A stretch of DNA of 64,000 nt from positions 20,856,560 through 20,920,559 of the forward strand of contig NC_134027.1 of assembly GCF_964204645.1 (NCBI RefSeq), in the 5' to 3' direction. Positions 27,101 through 40,500 of the stretch are shown piece after piece. Positions within the stretch are counted from its first letter, which is position 1, and each line of letters begins with the position of its first letter. This DNA comes from Tubulanus polymorphus. Its lineage: Eukaryota > Animalia > Nemertea. Position numbers and translations under genes: made by a program. The notes under the pieces are model-generated. The model saw only the letters and a list, made by a program, of their open reading frames with translations. It was not told where the DNA came from and searched no databases.

Positions 27101-28827
27101 AAATCGATTTCAAAGGACTCATTAGTAACACGTTTTCGTTCGTTTTCGTTTGGAATATCCACATGCTTTTTCAAACTTGATTCGAAAAGCCACGTTGCGG
27201 GAAAAAGAAGCAACATTTTTTAGATAGTTTTTCTTTGCATCGGCAATTTCTCAAAAGATTTCTGCGCGAGCATTCCATGGGGCCGACATTTTCGAGACCC
27301 CCTTGCGCTACGTACAAAAAGTTCCACTTTCATGAAAATCGACATGCCCCGACTATACGGGCCTCTCACAATAAAACTCGTCGGTCTGCACGACTGGATA
27401 GTGGTTCCTTAAAAAAAATACTCAACCAGAAACGGTTACAATAGTATTACGGAATCTCGGGCCTAGCTCAGCGCCTTCTCTCAGAAAAGCTAGAGTCTCG
27501 ATTATTTTGAGATTGTGACTGGATACTATACATCTCGCACTTCTAAAGAATCTAGGTCGGTTCATATATTCAGTACTGCCATGTTAAACGCAATATTTTG
27601 CTTAGGGTGAATATTCTAGAAAGGTATTTGTTCGAACGATTAAACATTCTAACTTCAACTGAGCGCAAAAAACACTTCTCGTTATCAACACGCTCGTTGG
27701 CTATAGTTCATTCAATACATCTCGAATAGCAATCAAATAACATTCGTATGTAGGCCACGCGTACATGAGTGTCTCCGGAAATACTAGGGTGTCATAGTAC
27801 GCGTGCATCAAAACGACGGATGTTATCTTACTGAAATTACTACAACGACGCATAAGTGTAATCATAGACAATGCATGCTGTAATGAATCATTTTTACATC
27901 GAGGACAGGTTTACTCGCAATTCTCTGTGACACTTTTCACCAATGCACGTGTGACGAAACAATGTATAAATATACAGTTAGTTATTAGTTCCGATCTATC
28001 CTGCCAGGGATACAACTGCTTTTACGAAGCCGAATGGCCCACGCGATGGCAACTTAATCGCTTATGTTTAATCGAAATGTTTTTTGATTTAGTTGCGAAT
28101 ACCTTGAAGATGGACCGTTTACAAACCAACGTTTATCGGGGGTCCGTTAATTCAAAATACAGATATTGAGTGGCATGCGCGATCGAAAATACAGATATTG
28201 AGTGGCATGCGCGATCGATGGTTACTATGATATTTTGAATGAGGACAACATTTCCGGATGATCTTCATCATATATTTGCGCCTCGTCAACTGAGTAGATT
28301 TTTTTTCTTGCTATCAATTGATAGGGTAACTGCATGATTGAGGCTGTACAAGCAGACCAGCGAGTACCCAAAAACACCGTGCCTTCAGTGTATTTCAACA
28401 CGATATCGTAGAAAAACAAACTTGAAAGTTTATTGACGCGAAGAGAAATAACGCATGCATCGCCTAGTATCACCGAAAATGAATGATTTATAATATAATA
28501 TCAAGGATCTAGAAAATAAATCTAAAAACTACTCTAAAAATTTGTAGACTTCAAAGCAAACCCTAGTAAGGAAACTGTTTAAATTAATGCTTACCTGTCC
28601 GGGTGTTTTAGACTGCGATGATATTGCGTAGTTGATTCGTCAGTTGAAGTAAGGGGGGTAAGAGTTCTTGAAATCGAGGTACCGGCTCCGCTACTTGAAG
28701 AGCTGCCGTGATGATGATGATGGTGGTGGTGATGATGAAATGAAGGATCCAAATCACTGTCGGGTTCCATGACCAAACTATTTCGTCGATTAGAAGTCGA
28801 AAGTCTGCTAGAGTTACAAACCGACAT
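21135..28827 (-). CDS. cwo: Clockwork orange-like bHLH-Orange transcription factor, 516 aa; exons 28827-28595, 26972-26900, 26806-26705, 25063-24976, 22592-22413, 22009-21135
   Basis: Basic-[46 protein letters not shown]; Orange domain [21 protein letters not shown]; C-terminal [15 protein letters not shown] motif typical of cwo; all introns GT-AG with consistent phases (1551 nt). Confidence 0.92.
23091..23449. mobile_element. MITE in cwo intron with TATGGTGGCTGAT termini
   Basis: tatggtggctgataagggccaaa ... tttggcccttatcagccatcata; internal caaaaacgaa sub-repeats in mirror arrangement. Confidence 0.8.
24395..24760 (+). mobile_element. Short copy of Helentron/HINE-like non-autonomous element
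   Basis: Shares 5' gggacacca..cccacttgggaagtggttt and 3' ggacggac..gaaaagtgaacgcaata with 25305-26355. Confidence 0.55.
25305..26355 (+). mobile_element. Helentron/HINE-like non-autonomous element with internal about 170-bp tandem repeats
   Basis: aactag start, internal repeats (gccccctggt..ccaatgaccttgaaactcacc), (GACG)n microsatellite and short 3' hairpin; classification is inference. Confidence 0.6.
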
Positions 28828-28939
28828 CGTTCAACTACTAACTCTCGTAAATTCTAACATGATCATTCAAGTGAAAGCGTCTTCGCGATTGGACTCTCGA
28901 ACAGCAGACGTAGCGATCGCCGCAAGTCATGCTTTCACT

Positions 28940-29414
28940 CACGTGCAAACAAGCATTTAGCCACGCCTCCATGCGTCAGGCATTCTCTATTTATCTTTTT
29001 AATTCGAAGTAATTAAACGTTTCTTTCAATTTTTGACCATATTATAGTCTATAGTAAAAATACGAAGTCGTATATTTTCATATATAGAATAAAGATATGA
29101 CTTTCTTAATATTTTGGTTAAGATTAGTCGGCGGATTACGCCGATGTCGAATGATTGACAGATATTCTCACGTGTACGGCGGCATGTATTCTAACGAGTC
29201 ACATGTTGTACAGCAGGCAGTGTATCATAGATAGTGTAGCACGTGTATACACGTATGGCGCGTTGCAGAAACGACCGTGAAGCCCTCTTGTCGATCTGTT
29301 CAGCCCTAATGACAAGATAGATAAAAAATCCGCCCCAAATCTAGGGGCAGGTATGAGGAATAAAGAAGACGGGTCCCAGAACATCTCATAAAGTGCTGTA
29401 TTATGGTACACGTG
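28940..29414. promoter_or_regulatory. E-box cluster upstream of cwo
   Basis: CACGTG at 28940, 29169, 29240, 29409, plus CACGTA at 29250; another CACGTG at 27946 in intron 1. Confidence 0.65.
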
Positions 29415-30222
29415 ACAAACAGCACAGCGGGCGCCTTGAGGCGCGGGGTAGACAATTTTGAAAAATGGATAATTTGCAGTGAGTGATTCTAAACAAATGA
29501 CCAGCAATGATTTGCCACTGCTTGTGTAACTTTCTTTCGATCAGGTCATGATAATGGCAAAGAAAGGGAGCCTTTTTCTGAATTTTTGTGCAGTACCCGT
29601 ACCGTTTATAGGTAGGCTACGGGATCTTTTGGCAATTTGAGACTGCCCTTTTTATATTTGGCAATTGAGTCGTGTCCTTTAGGGCATTTTAGCAACTCGT
29701 AAGAATTTTTGGGAGTTACTTCTGCCCTCTTCACTGGATTTCTTAAAACTATTTTGGCGATGATTCTTTTCTAAAAATGTCAGCCTATAACGCGCCTGTT
29801 ATTCAAGTATACATTTAAGAATTCTTCCAAAAGCCGTTTAGCGCACAGAGATGCTGGTTTTATGACAACACTACCACTGCAGGGAAATTCACAGACATCA
29901 CCAGACTGTTTGCGGATGATGTAGTTTTTTCGGAAATTTAGGTGTGCCCGCGGGGATGTTCCTTTCGAACAGAAAAATCTTTTGTAGACTATTTTCATCC
30001 GGGTATTGGTAGAAATTTGCTTCTGGTAATAAAGGGCAAAATGTATAGCAAAAGAAAATGAATTCCATCTCCAGTTGCTAACATTTGAGTCAAATTTTAT
30101 GGTCTCGGCGGATCTGGTGATATATCTTGAAGTTTCATCGTGTAACTTATGATTCGAGCATCTGAATCGACGGTATTGTCAATCGTAGATCGGTGTTGAT
30201 AAACCATGGACCAAAATCTTGA

Positions 30223-30535
30223 TGTATTAAATTAGGCGCAGCCAAGAAATTCACCCCAATCAGTTGCTTGCCGGTTCAGACTGAATGGAAGATTGTTTGA
30301 ATGAACCAGAACCGAATTTCCCATTATGTTCTTCAATTTAAACAAAAAATTCTGTTAACTCGACCGCCGATCACTCAACTTGATCTGTACTTCGATTTCC
30401 GATTTCAAAATCAAACACCCTGTTTCGCTCCCGGCAGGTGTGGGGGGGTCTGTACAAGGGACACTCAATCGAGGAATCAAACGAAATTTACCAGCCAGAT
30501 ACATAACAGGGACAATCCCTATTTTAGGATACAAA
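30223..30535 (+). repeat. Dispersed repeat, copy 1 (copy 2 at 57416-57725, fragment at 17391-17430)
   Basis: Long shared blocks such as gcttgccggttcagactgaatggaagattgtttg and ctgtttcgctcccggcaggtgtgg. Confidence 0.85.
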
Positions 30536-32465
30536 AAAAACATCACGGAACCGACAGAATCTCCGCAGTCGAACAATATATTAGGCATAAGCCTACATTT
30601 AATAGGCCTTATAGGTGGAACACGAATTAACGAGTTCCTCTCGGATAAGTTAATATCCTCTCGATTAATTAATTAGTTCCCTTAGTTTTAATAACATTTG
30701 TGTTTTGTTAATTATAATTAGCAACTGAGAAATTAACATTCATTATACAATGTATCATGGATGGTCAATCAACTAACCGACACCAAAGAACTACGTATAA
30801 AGCTTTTATATTATATATATGTATTCTGCCTCTCGCGTTTGATTTTGGATTTTACTGCCTATCGGGAGATAGTTTGCTTAAAGTCTAACAATTATGACGC
30901 TTATTTCTGGTTAAAGGATAACAAGGAATTATTAGAATTATTTCCTAGGATTTCTATTGCTCTAAGAATTTTAGATCTAGTAGAATTCAATAGTAACTCG
31001 AATCGACAAGCATTTAGGGGAGCGTCCATAAGTACGCGTGATTTTCCCGAAGATTTCCCCTCCCCTTAGTTCATATCTATAATAATATTCGTATCTGTTT
31101 TGATCGTTGATTTTAAGGGCAAATTGTCGGTGGACGTTTTACACGTCATAAATATAGAATAGGATAGAATACAATAGAACTTTATTGAACTCTAAAATCT
31201 TACAATAAAAATCATTCGAATGTCAATAAAGTACAAACAATGTGGATAATTTAAAAGAACAAAATAATAAAATCGAAGGGGACGACAGCATAGTTATAGC
31301 CTACATGTAAAGTATAAAAAGAGTTAAGGTCACACAATCACGAGACCGACAAAAAGAAAATTCTCAACCTTACTACGCCACAACCCACCGTCAAAAATCA
31401 GAACCCCCGGCCCCGACTAAAAAACCATCATCTAGGAATGATTCATCGGTTAGCCCGAACAGTTACACTACAACACCACGTGCTCCCACCCCGTAATTGT
31501 GGGACCTGTTAAAAAAAAGACCCGCTTCATATATCTGTTATTCGCTGTACATAGCTTCAGAAAAGGTTACATATCTCAAAGTCATTGCCGTAGACATCAG
31601 AAGAATAAAAAGTTGTGTGGGTGTGACAATAAACTTGTGGCGGAGTCTTGACTTAATCGCATGGAATTTTCGCCATTCACATATTAAATTGTTTCTCATC
31701 GATTCGCACAATTTCCCAAAATCCAAGTGTTTTAATTTACCGGAGATAAAACAGCACAAGATTTATCCAAAAACTGACGCCGAAATTTGTCGATATCTTC
31801 AGTGTAGAAAATTGTTATGAATTTCAATTCGAAAAGGCTGCGGAACTCCAGTCAAATCTGAGCCGCTTTTCTTTCGGGTTTTAAAAATCTAAAATGTTAA
31901 CAGAAATTTAAAAATCTAAAATGTTAACAGAAATTCAATTAACCGAATCAACGAAATTTCAAAGCTGGCTGTGAGTAATATGATATGGTCAGACCAGTAT
32001 GAAATAATTCTAAGGTGAATAAATCCTGTTCCATATCTGATTCGACAGTACCGGTGAGCAATAAAGTATAAATTGAATTGAATTGATCGTCGAATGACGA
32101 ATGACTACAAACGAATGACTGGGCAGCGTTTGCAGTAGTGTCAGTGAATCATTTGTAGAATTATCTAATTGTGAGTATAGACTGACCCTCTTTTAGTTTC
32201 AGCAATGGTTCTAGCTAGGCAGCAATGGAAAAAATATAGGGTTCCGTGGAAAATGGGGGACTGATGGAAAATAGGGCGGTGTGAAAGTAAAAAAGGAACA
32301 CAGCTCACCACAGCCACGGCACAGGGGGGCTTCTTTCTTGTTAGTTAGTTACCTAATCGTTGGTGGTAAGCTTTTTATAATCGGATGGGCTTATGTGAAA
32401 ATATCCGATTGTGAAACTAAACCACAGACAGGTTACTGACTACTTTCTTGTCACGTCACATTTTC

Positions 32466-32580
32466 AAATTTGATGGAGCATGGATGATACCAACCACTAC
32501 TACACCAGTATCCCTATTTAAAAAAGATTTTTTTTTATATAGGGATACTGGTAGTGGTAACATCCATGCTCCATCAAATT
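32466..32580. repeat. Foldback palindrome / small MITE
   Basis: aatttgatggagcatggatg..ccagtatccctat inverted as atagggatactgg..catccatgctccatcaaatt. Confidence 0.75.
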
Positions 32581-32741
32581 GTGACAAGCCTAAAATCTAA
32601 AGTGAAGATTTGCTTAGAATATTTGCTGAAACAATGTTTCATGAACTACTCAATTTGAGGACGAAAAATATAAATTTCATCAATTTCAACGAACATATTA
32701 GACAATTTGGCTAGAATTAATAACCCCAGTGACCCTAACTT

Positions 32742-33149
32742 CAGAGTTGCCACTTCTCCGGATTTTTCCGGAATTCTGGATTTTTAAAAAATCCAATTTC
32801 ATTTCCGGATTTTCGGGAGAAGTCAAATAACCACAAAAGAAAACATCGCGAAAAAAATAAAATCAATTCGGGATTCGACCCTAAACATCAAAACGTGACG
32901 GCTCCGTAGAGGGTTCGAAAAAGCCGTATTGTGCTGCCACGTAATGGCAACAACCCTATGAGGTGTATTTGACGGAACCAATCGCTATCTGAAAAAATGA
33001 TCTATAGGCGGTAATGAAAATGAGGCCTATAACGCGTATTGCGCCAGAACGCATCTCCTGGCGTTCTAATTTCAAAAATTTTTCCTGGGGGAGACCCAGA
33101 CCCCCGACTTATTTTCCGGATTTTTAGCGTCACATAAGTGGCAACTCTG
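32742..33149. mobile_element. hAT-like MITE with 6-bp target duplication
   Basis: TIR CAGAGTTGCCACTT / AAGTGGCAACTCTG; TAACTT on both flanks. Confidence 0.75.
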
Positions 33150-33603
33150 TAACTTAGCAAATGTATACATGTGCGGACGTTCGTCGACGCTTGAAAATTC
33201 AAAAAAGGGGGTTCGTTTGAGCTACCGAACCGCCCTAGGGACGTCCATGAACTCTGCCCTCCCTTGGCTGGGATTCAAACCTACGTGGCGAACACCTTCA
33301 GATATTACACGCTGCGTGATGATTTTTAGTGAGCGTTCATCGGCGCATTTTAACTCGAAAAATTCAGGGCTCGACCCGTAATGCATGAGATGCTGATTGT
33401 CAATGAATGAGGATGTGCCACATTGTGGAAATAGCCATTACCTACCTTCCAAAATAGGCCTAGTCGTTGATGGGTTCAAGATCGCTCTAGGTGGTCGGAA
33501 AACGCTTTTAATTTCTAAAGTTTCAAATTTGTTTTATTCCCATCGTCAGTTGTGATGAATCCGTGGGAGGCCTCCACACCCCACCCCCTTCCGCAAGTTA
33601 TTC

Positions 33604-33919
33604 TTAATAATAATAATAATAATAAGCGCAGGTCTCCAAACAAGAGTTTGTTCAAATGCGCTCCAAACTTGGTATTATTACCCCCAGCCTATAACTCTAT
33701 TCCATGTATCAGTCATCTCTCCCTGGGGAGAGGTAACATCCGAGCCGCTGCTAGGCGTTCAGGAGTCATCTATCAGACCAGGTACCCATTTTCTCCTGGG
33801 TGGAGAGAGGCAATGAGGATAAGTGTCTAGCTCGAGAACACTACGGCAATGTACGGGGTTCGAACCCACGACCTGGCTTCCCAGAGCCGAACGCTCTAAC
33901 CACTCGGCCACACTGCTCC
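33604..33919 (-). mobile_element. tRNA-derived SINE
   Basis: A box TGGCCGAGTGG, B box GGTTCGAACCC, central CCACCCAGGAGAAAATGGGTACCTG, 3' (ATT)n tail. Confidence 0.85.
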
Positions 33920-34267
33920 TACGGTCCACCGCTTCTATTCTTATCAAAGTACCTTCATCCGAGAAAGTACCTGCTTCCTTCATCCGAGAAAGTAAGCTCA
34001 ATCAAAAATAGGCTGGGCCCCCGTTGAGCAACTTACATTTCAAAAAATCATAGTATCAGATTGGAGTGCCTACAGTGCCCCAGCCTAGCAAATTTCTAGA
34101 ATAATGTCTGGCCACTAGACCACCGACTTCAAGGCTTGTTGTAAACTGCTGAACGTTTTAGGCCTAACTATTGATTGCACTAAACCTAATCCTCTAACCC
34201 CAACCTTACAAAAACAAACTAACTGAAATAGGCTAGCTAGGGATGTTCAAAATCCTAGCCATGGGCT

Positions 34268-34490
34268 TAAGCTAAACTAAAGTGATACCTTGTTTCTCCC
34301 AATCAGCCAGGTCCCTGTAAACTGCAATAAAATTTGTATCAGTTCATTTCCATAATTGCCGGGTCTGTTATAGTTAGCCTGATCATGATTTAGAAAAACA
34401 GTTATGTACAGGGTAGATAGCTGGCATGCGGGGTCAACTTATAAGCTCAGTAGAGGTGAGGAACAAGGTATCAATTGTTGGTAGCCTTAG
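34268..34490. mobile_element. MITE related to 60365-60592
   Basis: tgataccttgtttctc ... gaacaaggtatca inverted ends; internal gttcattt..tgccggg..tcatgattta..gggtcaactt.taagctca shared with the 60.4 kb copy. Confidence 0.6.
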
Positions 34491-34577
34491 CAACATAAGG
34501 ATTTATTTGGCTTCGTAATTGATTGACATATATTTGTATTTTTGACAGTTAAATAAATATCGTGCAACACCGTGATA

Positions 34578-37500
34578 ATGGCGTTAGGTTTAGACGACAA
34601 GTTACTGGGTGAGAAGATGGATTATTATTGTAGCAGTAGCGAAGATGAAGGTGAGAGGGATGATGATGAAGAAGATGCTGGCTCGGATACGGAAAAAGCT
34701 GCGGCAATGAAACGACAGTCGGCACCGACATTTATTCCCGAACCGGAGCTGAAAGATTACAACGGACATTGTACAAATGTAGGTTGTCGCGCATTATAAT
34801 GTCAGTCTGAACCATTCGATAGGCCTACTGTGTGTATCACCATTCTTTGAATTTTGGATCATCAAATCTTCACGCATGTTCAGGACTTCACCTTGGACAT
34901 TTACTTCCAAAATTGACTAAGAAGAGAAATAAAAATATCAGACATTCAACATTTTGTCCGAGCTCACTTGCAAAGAGCGACTATCAAGACCTCGTTCTAC
35001 GATAGTGAATGTCTGAAGGTTAGGTTCCTCCAGACGGCAGATTGATAAATTGCAAATAACAAACCACTGACCTCAGTAGGGCCTTTAGTCAGAACAGCAT
35101 TAGTTAGCATCACTGACTTGGCATAGGCCAACTGAGATAGAGTACTTCAGTCAGTTGGGGGCATCTGTTATTTCAGATTCGCACTACATTATAAGTTTGA
35201 CTAACTGTGACAAGATTCTATAATAGTTATAGAATATACCAGTTATAACTGGTCGCAACTGGGAGGTTAGGTCACGATCGGAAGCAGCGACTAGTTGTTG
35301 TCGGTCGCAAATGTAGTGTATGTCAGTTGCGACTTAAGGCTGGCTTATGTCGACAAGCAACGCGACGCCTACCGACGCAACTGGGTTTATCGCCGATTAG
35401 CGGCCTACGAGAGTACAAATACATAGTACAAATTATGACCGCTAGTTAGCGTCATTCGTAATTAGTCATAAACCTTCAAATTCAAGTAGTTCGAAACGTA
35501 AACCAAACCTTCAGCACGGCAGATGACTGGACCAAAGATCTAGAAACGAAATTGGTAGAAATATGGTGTGAGCGGCCATCTTAGTATGATGTCGCTAGCA
35601 CATAGTATTCAAAACAGAATCAGAAAGATAAATATCTTATCTTAGGACTAGCTTTTCTAATAGAAATAAATTTCCCAATCTAATTCAAATTTATTCTCAA
35701 AATGCTTATAACGTGACCATCCGAGCCATTGCAGTTGCCAGTAATCTTAACCGACAATAAGCAGGGAAGCAACTGGGAGAATCTCGTATCCTGTTAGTCT
35801 GCCTCAGTTGCTGCGAATCAGAGCGCAGTCGACATAAGCTGGGCTGCGATCGCGGTTGCTCTCAGTTGCATTGATAGGAGACTTTGAATAGTATGGGGCC
35901 TTTCATTTAGTGTTTACACACTTCATTTGATGATAAGGGACAAAATGCGTTAAGAAGGTAGAGTTACAAAATATTAGTGCCCGGCCGATATGTTCCTTTC
36001 ATATGGACTAATCTATGTACAAACTTCCTATCAGAATCATAACAATGTTAGGGCCTTCAGCTGCTTCAAAGAAAGCCCTATTCTATATTTCGTGTTTTTT
36101 TATCTACTGATATTGTTATTAAGTCACTGCGTTTTCTGTCGCGCAAGATGGTCCATCATTTGTGGTAGATCGTGGCATGTTTGGTCATTACGGATATATG
36201 GCAGCAGTTTTGTCTTTATTTCACTCCACAATTTGATTAAAGCAATTCAATTTAAGATTTAAATTGAATTGCAGCAGAAGGATAAAACCCTATCCTACCC
36301 CTCCTTGAGTTGTTGATTAATGAACTCTCACAAACCACGCCCTGTCATCATCGTCAGATGAAACCAACGTGCCCCTAGTTTGACAGATTCTCAAGCTGCA
36401 TCCCGGACAGCCTGTAATTGTTGCTTTGTGTCTACATCTTTATTCTATATTTTCCAGACAGGGCCGAAAGGTGTTATAAACGACTGGAGAAGATTCAAAC
36501 AATTAGAAACTGAAAAGAAACAAGAAAATGATCTGGAAAGATTGCAATTGGCGAAAAAGTTATCAATAACCTGTCGTTCACACGTAAGTTCCTCTAGAAT
36601 CAATGCTGCCCTCTTATTAGCGATATACCTGTATACAATTAGCTATTTATTGTCTTCAACCTCTTTTGTGTACTGTCAATAGCATATCAGCCTTGTACGC
36701 GTCTCTGCTACCTATTAGATTGAATTTTAAAGTAGATGGCTATTCGTAGATGTATATGGTGATATTTCCTAGTTGAATGGTTATCATTGACCTTTTTTCC
36801 ATTGTCTTGATCGAAAAAGGAATGATTCTCATCAGTATGAGTAATGAGAATGAGGAGTAGTGAGAATGAGTAAGATACCTCGACCTTAAGACTAGCTTAT
36901 GTACAAAAGCGGACTGCAGTGGACATAAGCTGGGCTACGATGGTGCTTCCTCTCGGTTGCGTCTGTATATGCAGCCCAACATAAGTAGTATTGACATTTT
37001 TCACTGCCACTGTTTCCACTGATTCTTGTTGCTACTACAATTCATCTCATAGTTGGCAATGGGGGCAATATAGCTCTATTTATTTTAATGATCCACTGTT
37101 TATGATTGTCCCATGAGTGGACAGTGTCGGAGTGCGATTATCAAACCTTGGAGTAATACTCCAAGATCAAACTAACAGTGAACGAAGGATCTTCAACTAT
37201 AAGATACAGTAGACTCAGTTGATTGCTGATTATCGTGTGCCCCGGACAATCTATTACAAATTTGGTTACTCCATTGGGGTACTGGCAACATCACTGTGGT
37301 AAGCAAGGATTCTGTGATGATCCGCCATGTTCGCAATTGGTTACTTGGTTACCGCCCTTCAATTTCTTCTACATTTCAATTTGATTTCAATCAACTTTCC
37401 TCATTATTAAATCAGATTTTAATGAAATCTATACCAAACGCTGAGTAAGAAAGTGAATTTTGATGACTCATTCGATAATTTTCTGCTTTTGATGTGTTGT

Positions 37501-40500
37501 AAAAATCAAATTTCGATGAAAATGATATAATTTTCACTACGATTAACTCAGTGATTTGTTTCACCATCTGGTGAGTGCCAGTACCTCATTCATCGTAATA
37601 ACGACCCATCCCTGCTCCATTCGCCCTGGACAAGCATAGTCTACTGTATCTCAACTCATTGTAGCAATCGCAGTTGAACCAGAAGTACCGGTATGAGATA
37701 TCTCGTAGTGGCAATGGTGTCCAAACCGAGGTAAAATTGCGAGATAGCTCATGTGTTGCAATGGTAGTACTTGGTCGACTCAACTTTATTCGGAGCTGAT
37801 TTACTCGTATTTTGCATGTTTCGTAGACGTTTTTTGGTCAAACCTTTAATACCGGTATATAATCTTATCTTAAATCGAAAAAGTTCTTGAGGATGGATAA
37901 ATGCCCTTGCTGTAGGCAAAGTTATTACTGGTATGTTGAATGAATCGTTAGATGTTCCAGTTTGAATATATTTCAGCTCGACGACGAAAAAGAGAAAGAA
38001 AAAGACGAAGAATTTATGCAAATGCTCGGCGAATTGGAGGACGAGTTTATAAAACAATATCGACAAAAACGAATCGAAGAAATGAGAAAAATGGTCGAAA
38101 GCAGGTTTGGATTTTCACAATCACATCGTAACCCGGGGAATGCCTGCAACCAGTGTGTTCATTAGAACGATAAGAACAACCGCGCATCTTGCGAATCTCG
38201 GTGTACATATCAAACGAGATGTGAACGGGAACATGTACTTGATAAGAAACATAACCTTTACAACTAAGACTACTACAGTACAGCATAAGATAATTTTTTT
38301 CTGTTTTCAACCCGATATGTCAGAGTCAGTGAACTTGCTTCTCTTTGTGGAAATAGAATATACCTCAATGATATACCACACATATCACATCGTCACTTAG
38401 CATTTAATGTTCAAAACTTTTCTGGCTGAGCAATCCCTGGACCCTGTATAAATTTATGCACCTTTGGCGTGATAGAAATTCCACTTGGACGTGAAAATCG
38501 CCAAGATGGCGATGGCCTCGTGGACTGCACATTGATACTACCCGTATTAGTGTATGTTCAGATCTAAACATGTAAAGCTTGCGTATATTTTCAGACCTGT
38601 TTTTGGTAAAGTTTATCCATTGACTAAAGCTGGTTTTATAACTGCGATCGATAAAGAAAAACCCCAAGTAACAATCATTATTCATGTTTATGAAGATGTA
38701 AGTACACACTATGATAAATAGAAAAAATAAATTCCAAAAAATAAGTCTTGAAAATTTCCACGAATTGATGTTAACACCTAAACTTGAAATCGGTTTTATT
38801 GTTTTAGAGTGTGGCTGGTTGTGAAGCCATGGAGGGCTGTCTCAAGTGTTTAGCTACTGAATATCGCGAAGTTAAATTCTGCAAAATCAAAGCGTCACAA
38901 GTTAGATTAAGTCGTAAATTTGTAAGTATGATTTTTAATGTTCTCAGGAAATCTGATTGAAATTCAGCAAAGGGAGATCTAGGCATTTCTCGAATAAGGA
39001 GAGATATGGCAGGAACAAATTATGAGAAAAATGATACAGTAAACCTTGTGTAAGTCGGATTGGCAAAAGTCGGATGATCGCTTATATCGGATGAATATTG
39101 ATGGTCCCGATTTTTCCTTCTTTTTCTTGGAAAAATTAATATTCCAAAGTCAGACTTTTTTAGTTGGAAACTCGCCTGGTAGTACTTCTCTTGGTCCCAA
39201 ACTATAAAATAGTTAAAAACTCTCACCAAAAGTCACCGAAATAGCCAGGGCTATTTTCTACCCATAATCAGTTTGATTTCTTTCCTGTTCCGACCCCTGT
39301 TTCTAAGTCAAAACCAACATTCGTTATTTTAGTTGCGGTTAGTGTATTACAGTGGAACCTCGCTACAACGAACTTCACGGGACCAGAAAATATGTTCGTT
39401 ATAACCGATAGTTTGTTATATCCAGTGTGAAAATAAATTGAATTGTCTTACTTGAGACGAAATTGTATACTTGTTATATACGATGAATCCTTGTGTCCGA
39501 GTTCGTTATAACGAGGTTGCACTGTAGTATAGAAAAAATAATCCCGAAATATTTCAGTGTTTTAAATCATTTCTTGCAGATGTTGATTTAATTTTTCCGT
39601 TGAAAGAAATCAATTCTCAAGTCGTAGTTTTTGGAAAAAGGCGCGAAATCTGACTAGTTCAAATCAGACTTTATTTTCTAAGTGGGGGGAATTTTCTAAG
39701 TCCCTAAAGATCCCATTTACGCAAGGTTTACTGTAGATCAAACAGGCTAGAAAATGATGAATGAAAAAACTTGATCATATTTAGTCCTAGCTGTAGCTTA
39801 CTTGTAACGTACTTCGTGGATTGCATTTAAAACCCATAGTGGTCATTCATTTATTACATGCGCATTAGGGGAGGGGGAGGGCTCAGTGCGATTGCGTATT
39901 GTAATGCTTGAAAATGCTAATTTTATGCGTACCCGTACGTAATAAATGAATGATCCCTAAGATCGCAACATGGGTTTATCCAAAATTTCATTCACTTGGT
40001 GTGTTAAATAATAAAATGAATGTGGCTTTGTCTTTATATAGTCTACCGTAGGCGTACCTGCTTTACTGATTTATAAAGGCGGCGAATTAATTGGTAATTT
40101 TGTGCGAGTATCTGATGACCTAGGTGATGATTTCTTCGCAACTGATGTCCAGAGTTATCTTATTGAGTAAGTTCTCGATCCGTAGGTACTGGTGGTTAGG
40201 TGCCAGTACACACCAGCTGACACAATTGCGGTTGGTTTTACATACCAGTGTGGTAGAAATCCTTCAAATTTCACCCATCTTTGAACTGGATTATTGAAAT
40301 ATTATCAATCAAACAAGTCAGCAAATAGTTACAGTCAACTCTCTATATATGTTGAATGCATCGGAACTCGCCAGATTGCCTTGAGATGTGATATTTGATT
40401 TGTGCAAAGAGCCTCGTGTTGGCATCATTTCTGGGAACTGCGTGAAGTAAGGTGACAAAATATGCTTTCAAAAATACAAGTCTCAGTACTTCAGAATTGC

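Noticed and set aside
28154-28217. Perfect 32-bp tandem duplication in cwo intron 1 (similar 27-bp one near 31881-31935)
   Set aside because: Ordinary local slippage with no recognisable motif.
33845-33919. tRNA gene
   Set aside because: A and B boxes are present but the sequence continues into a SINE body and (ATT)n tail; no convincing cloverleaf.
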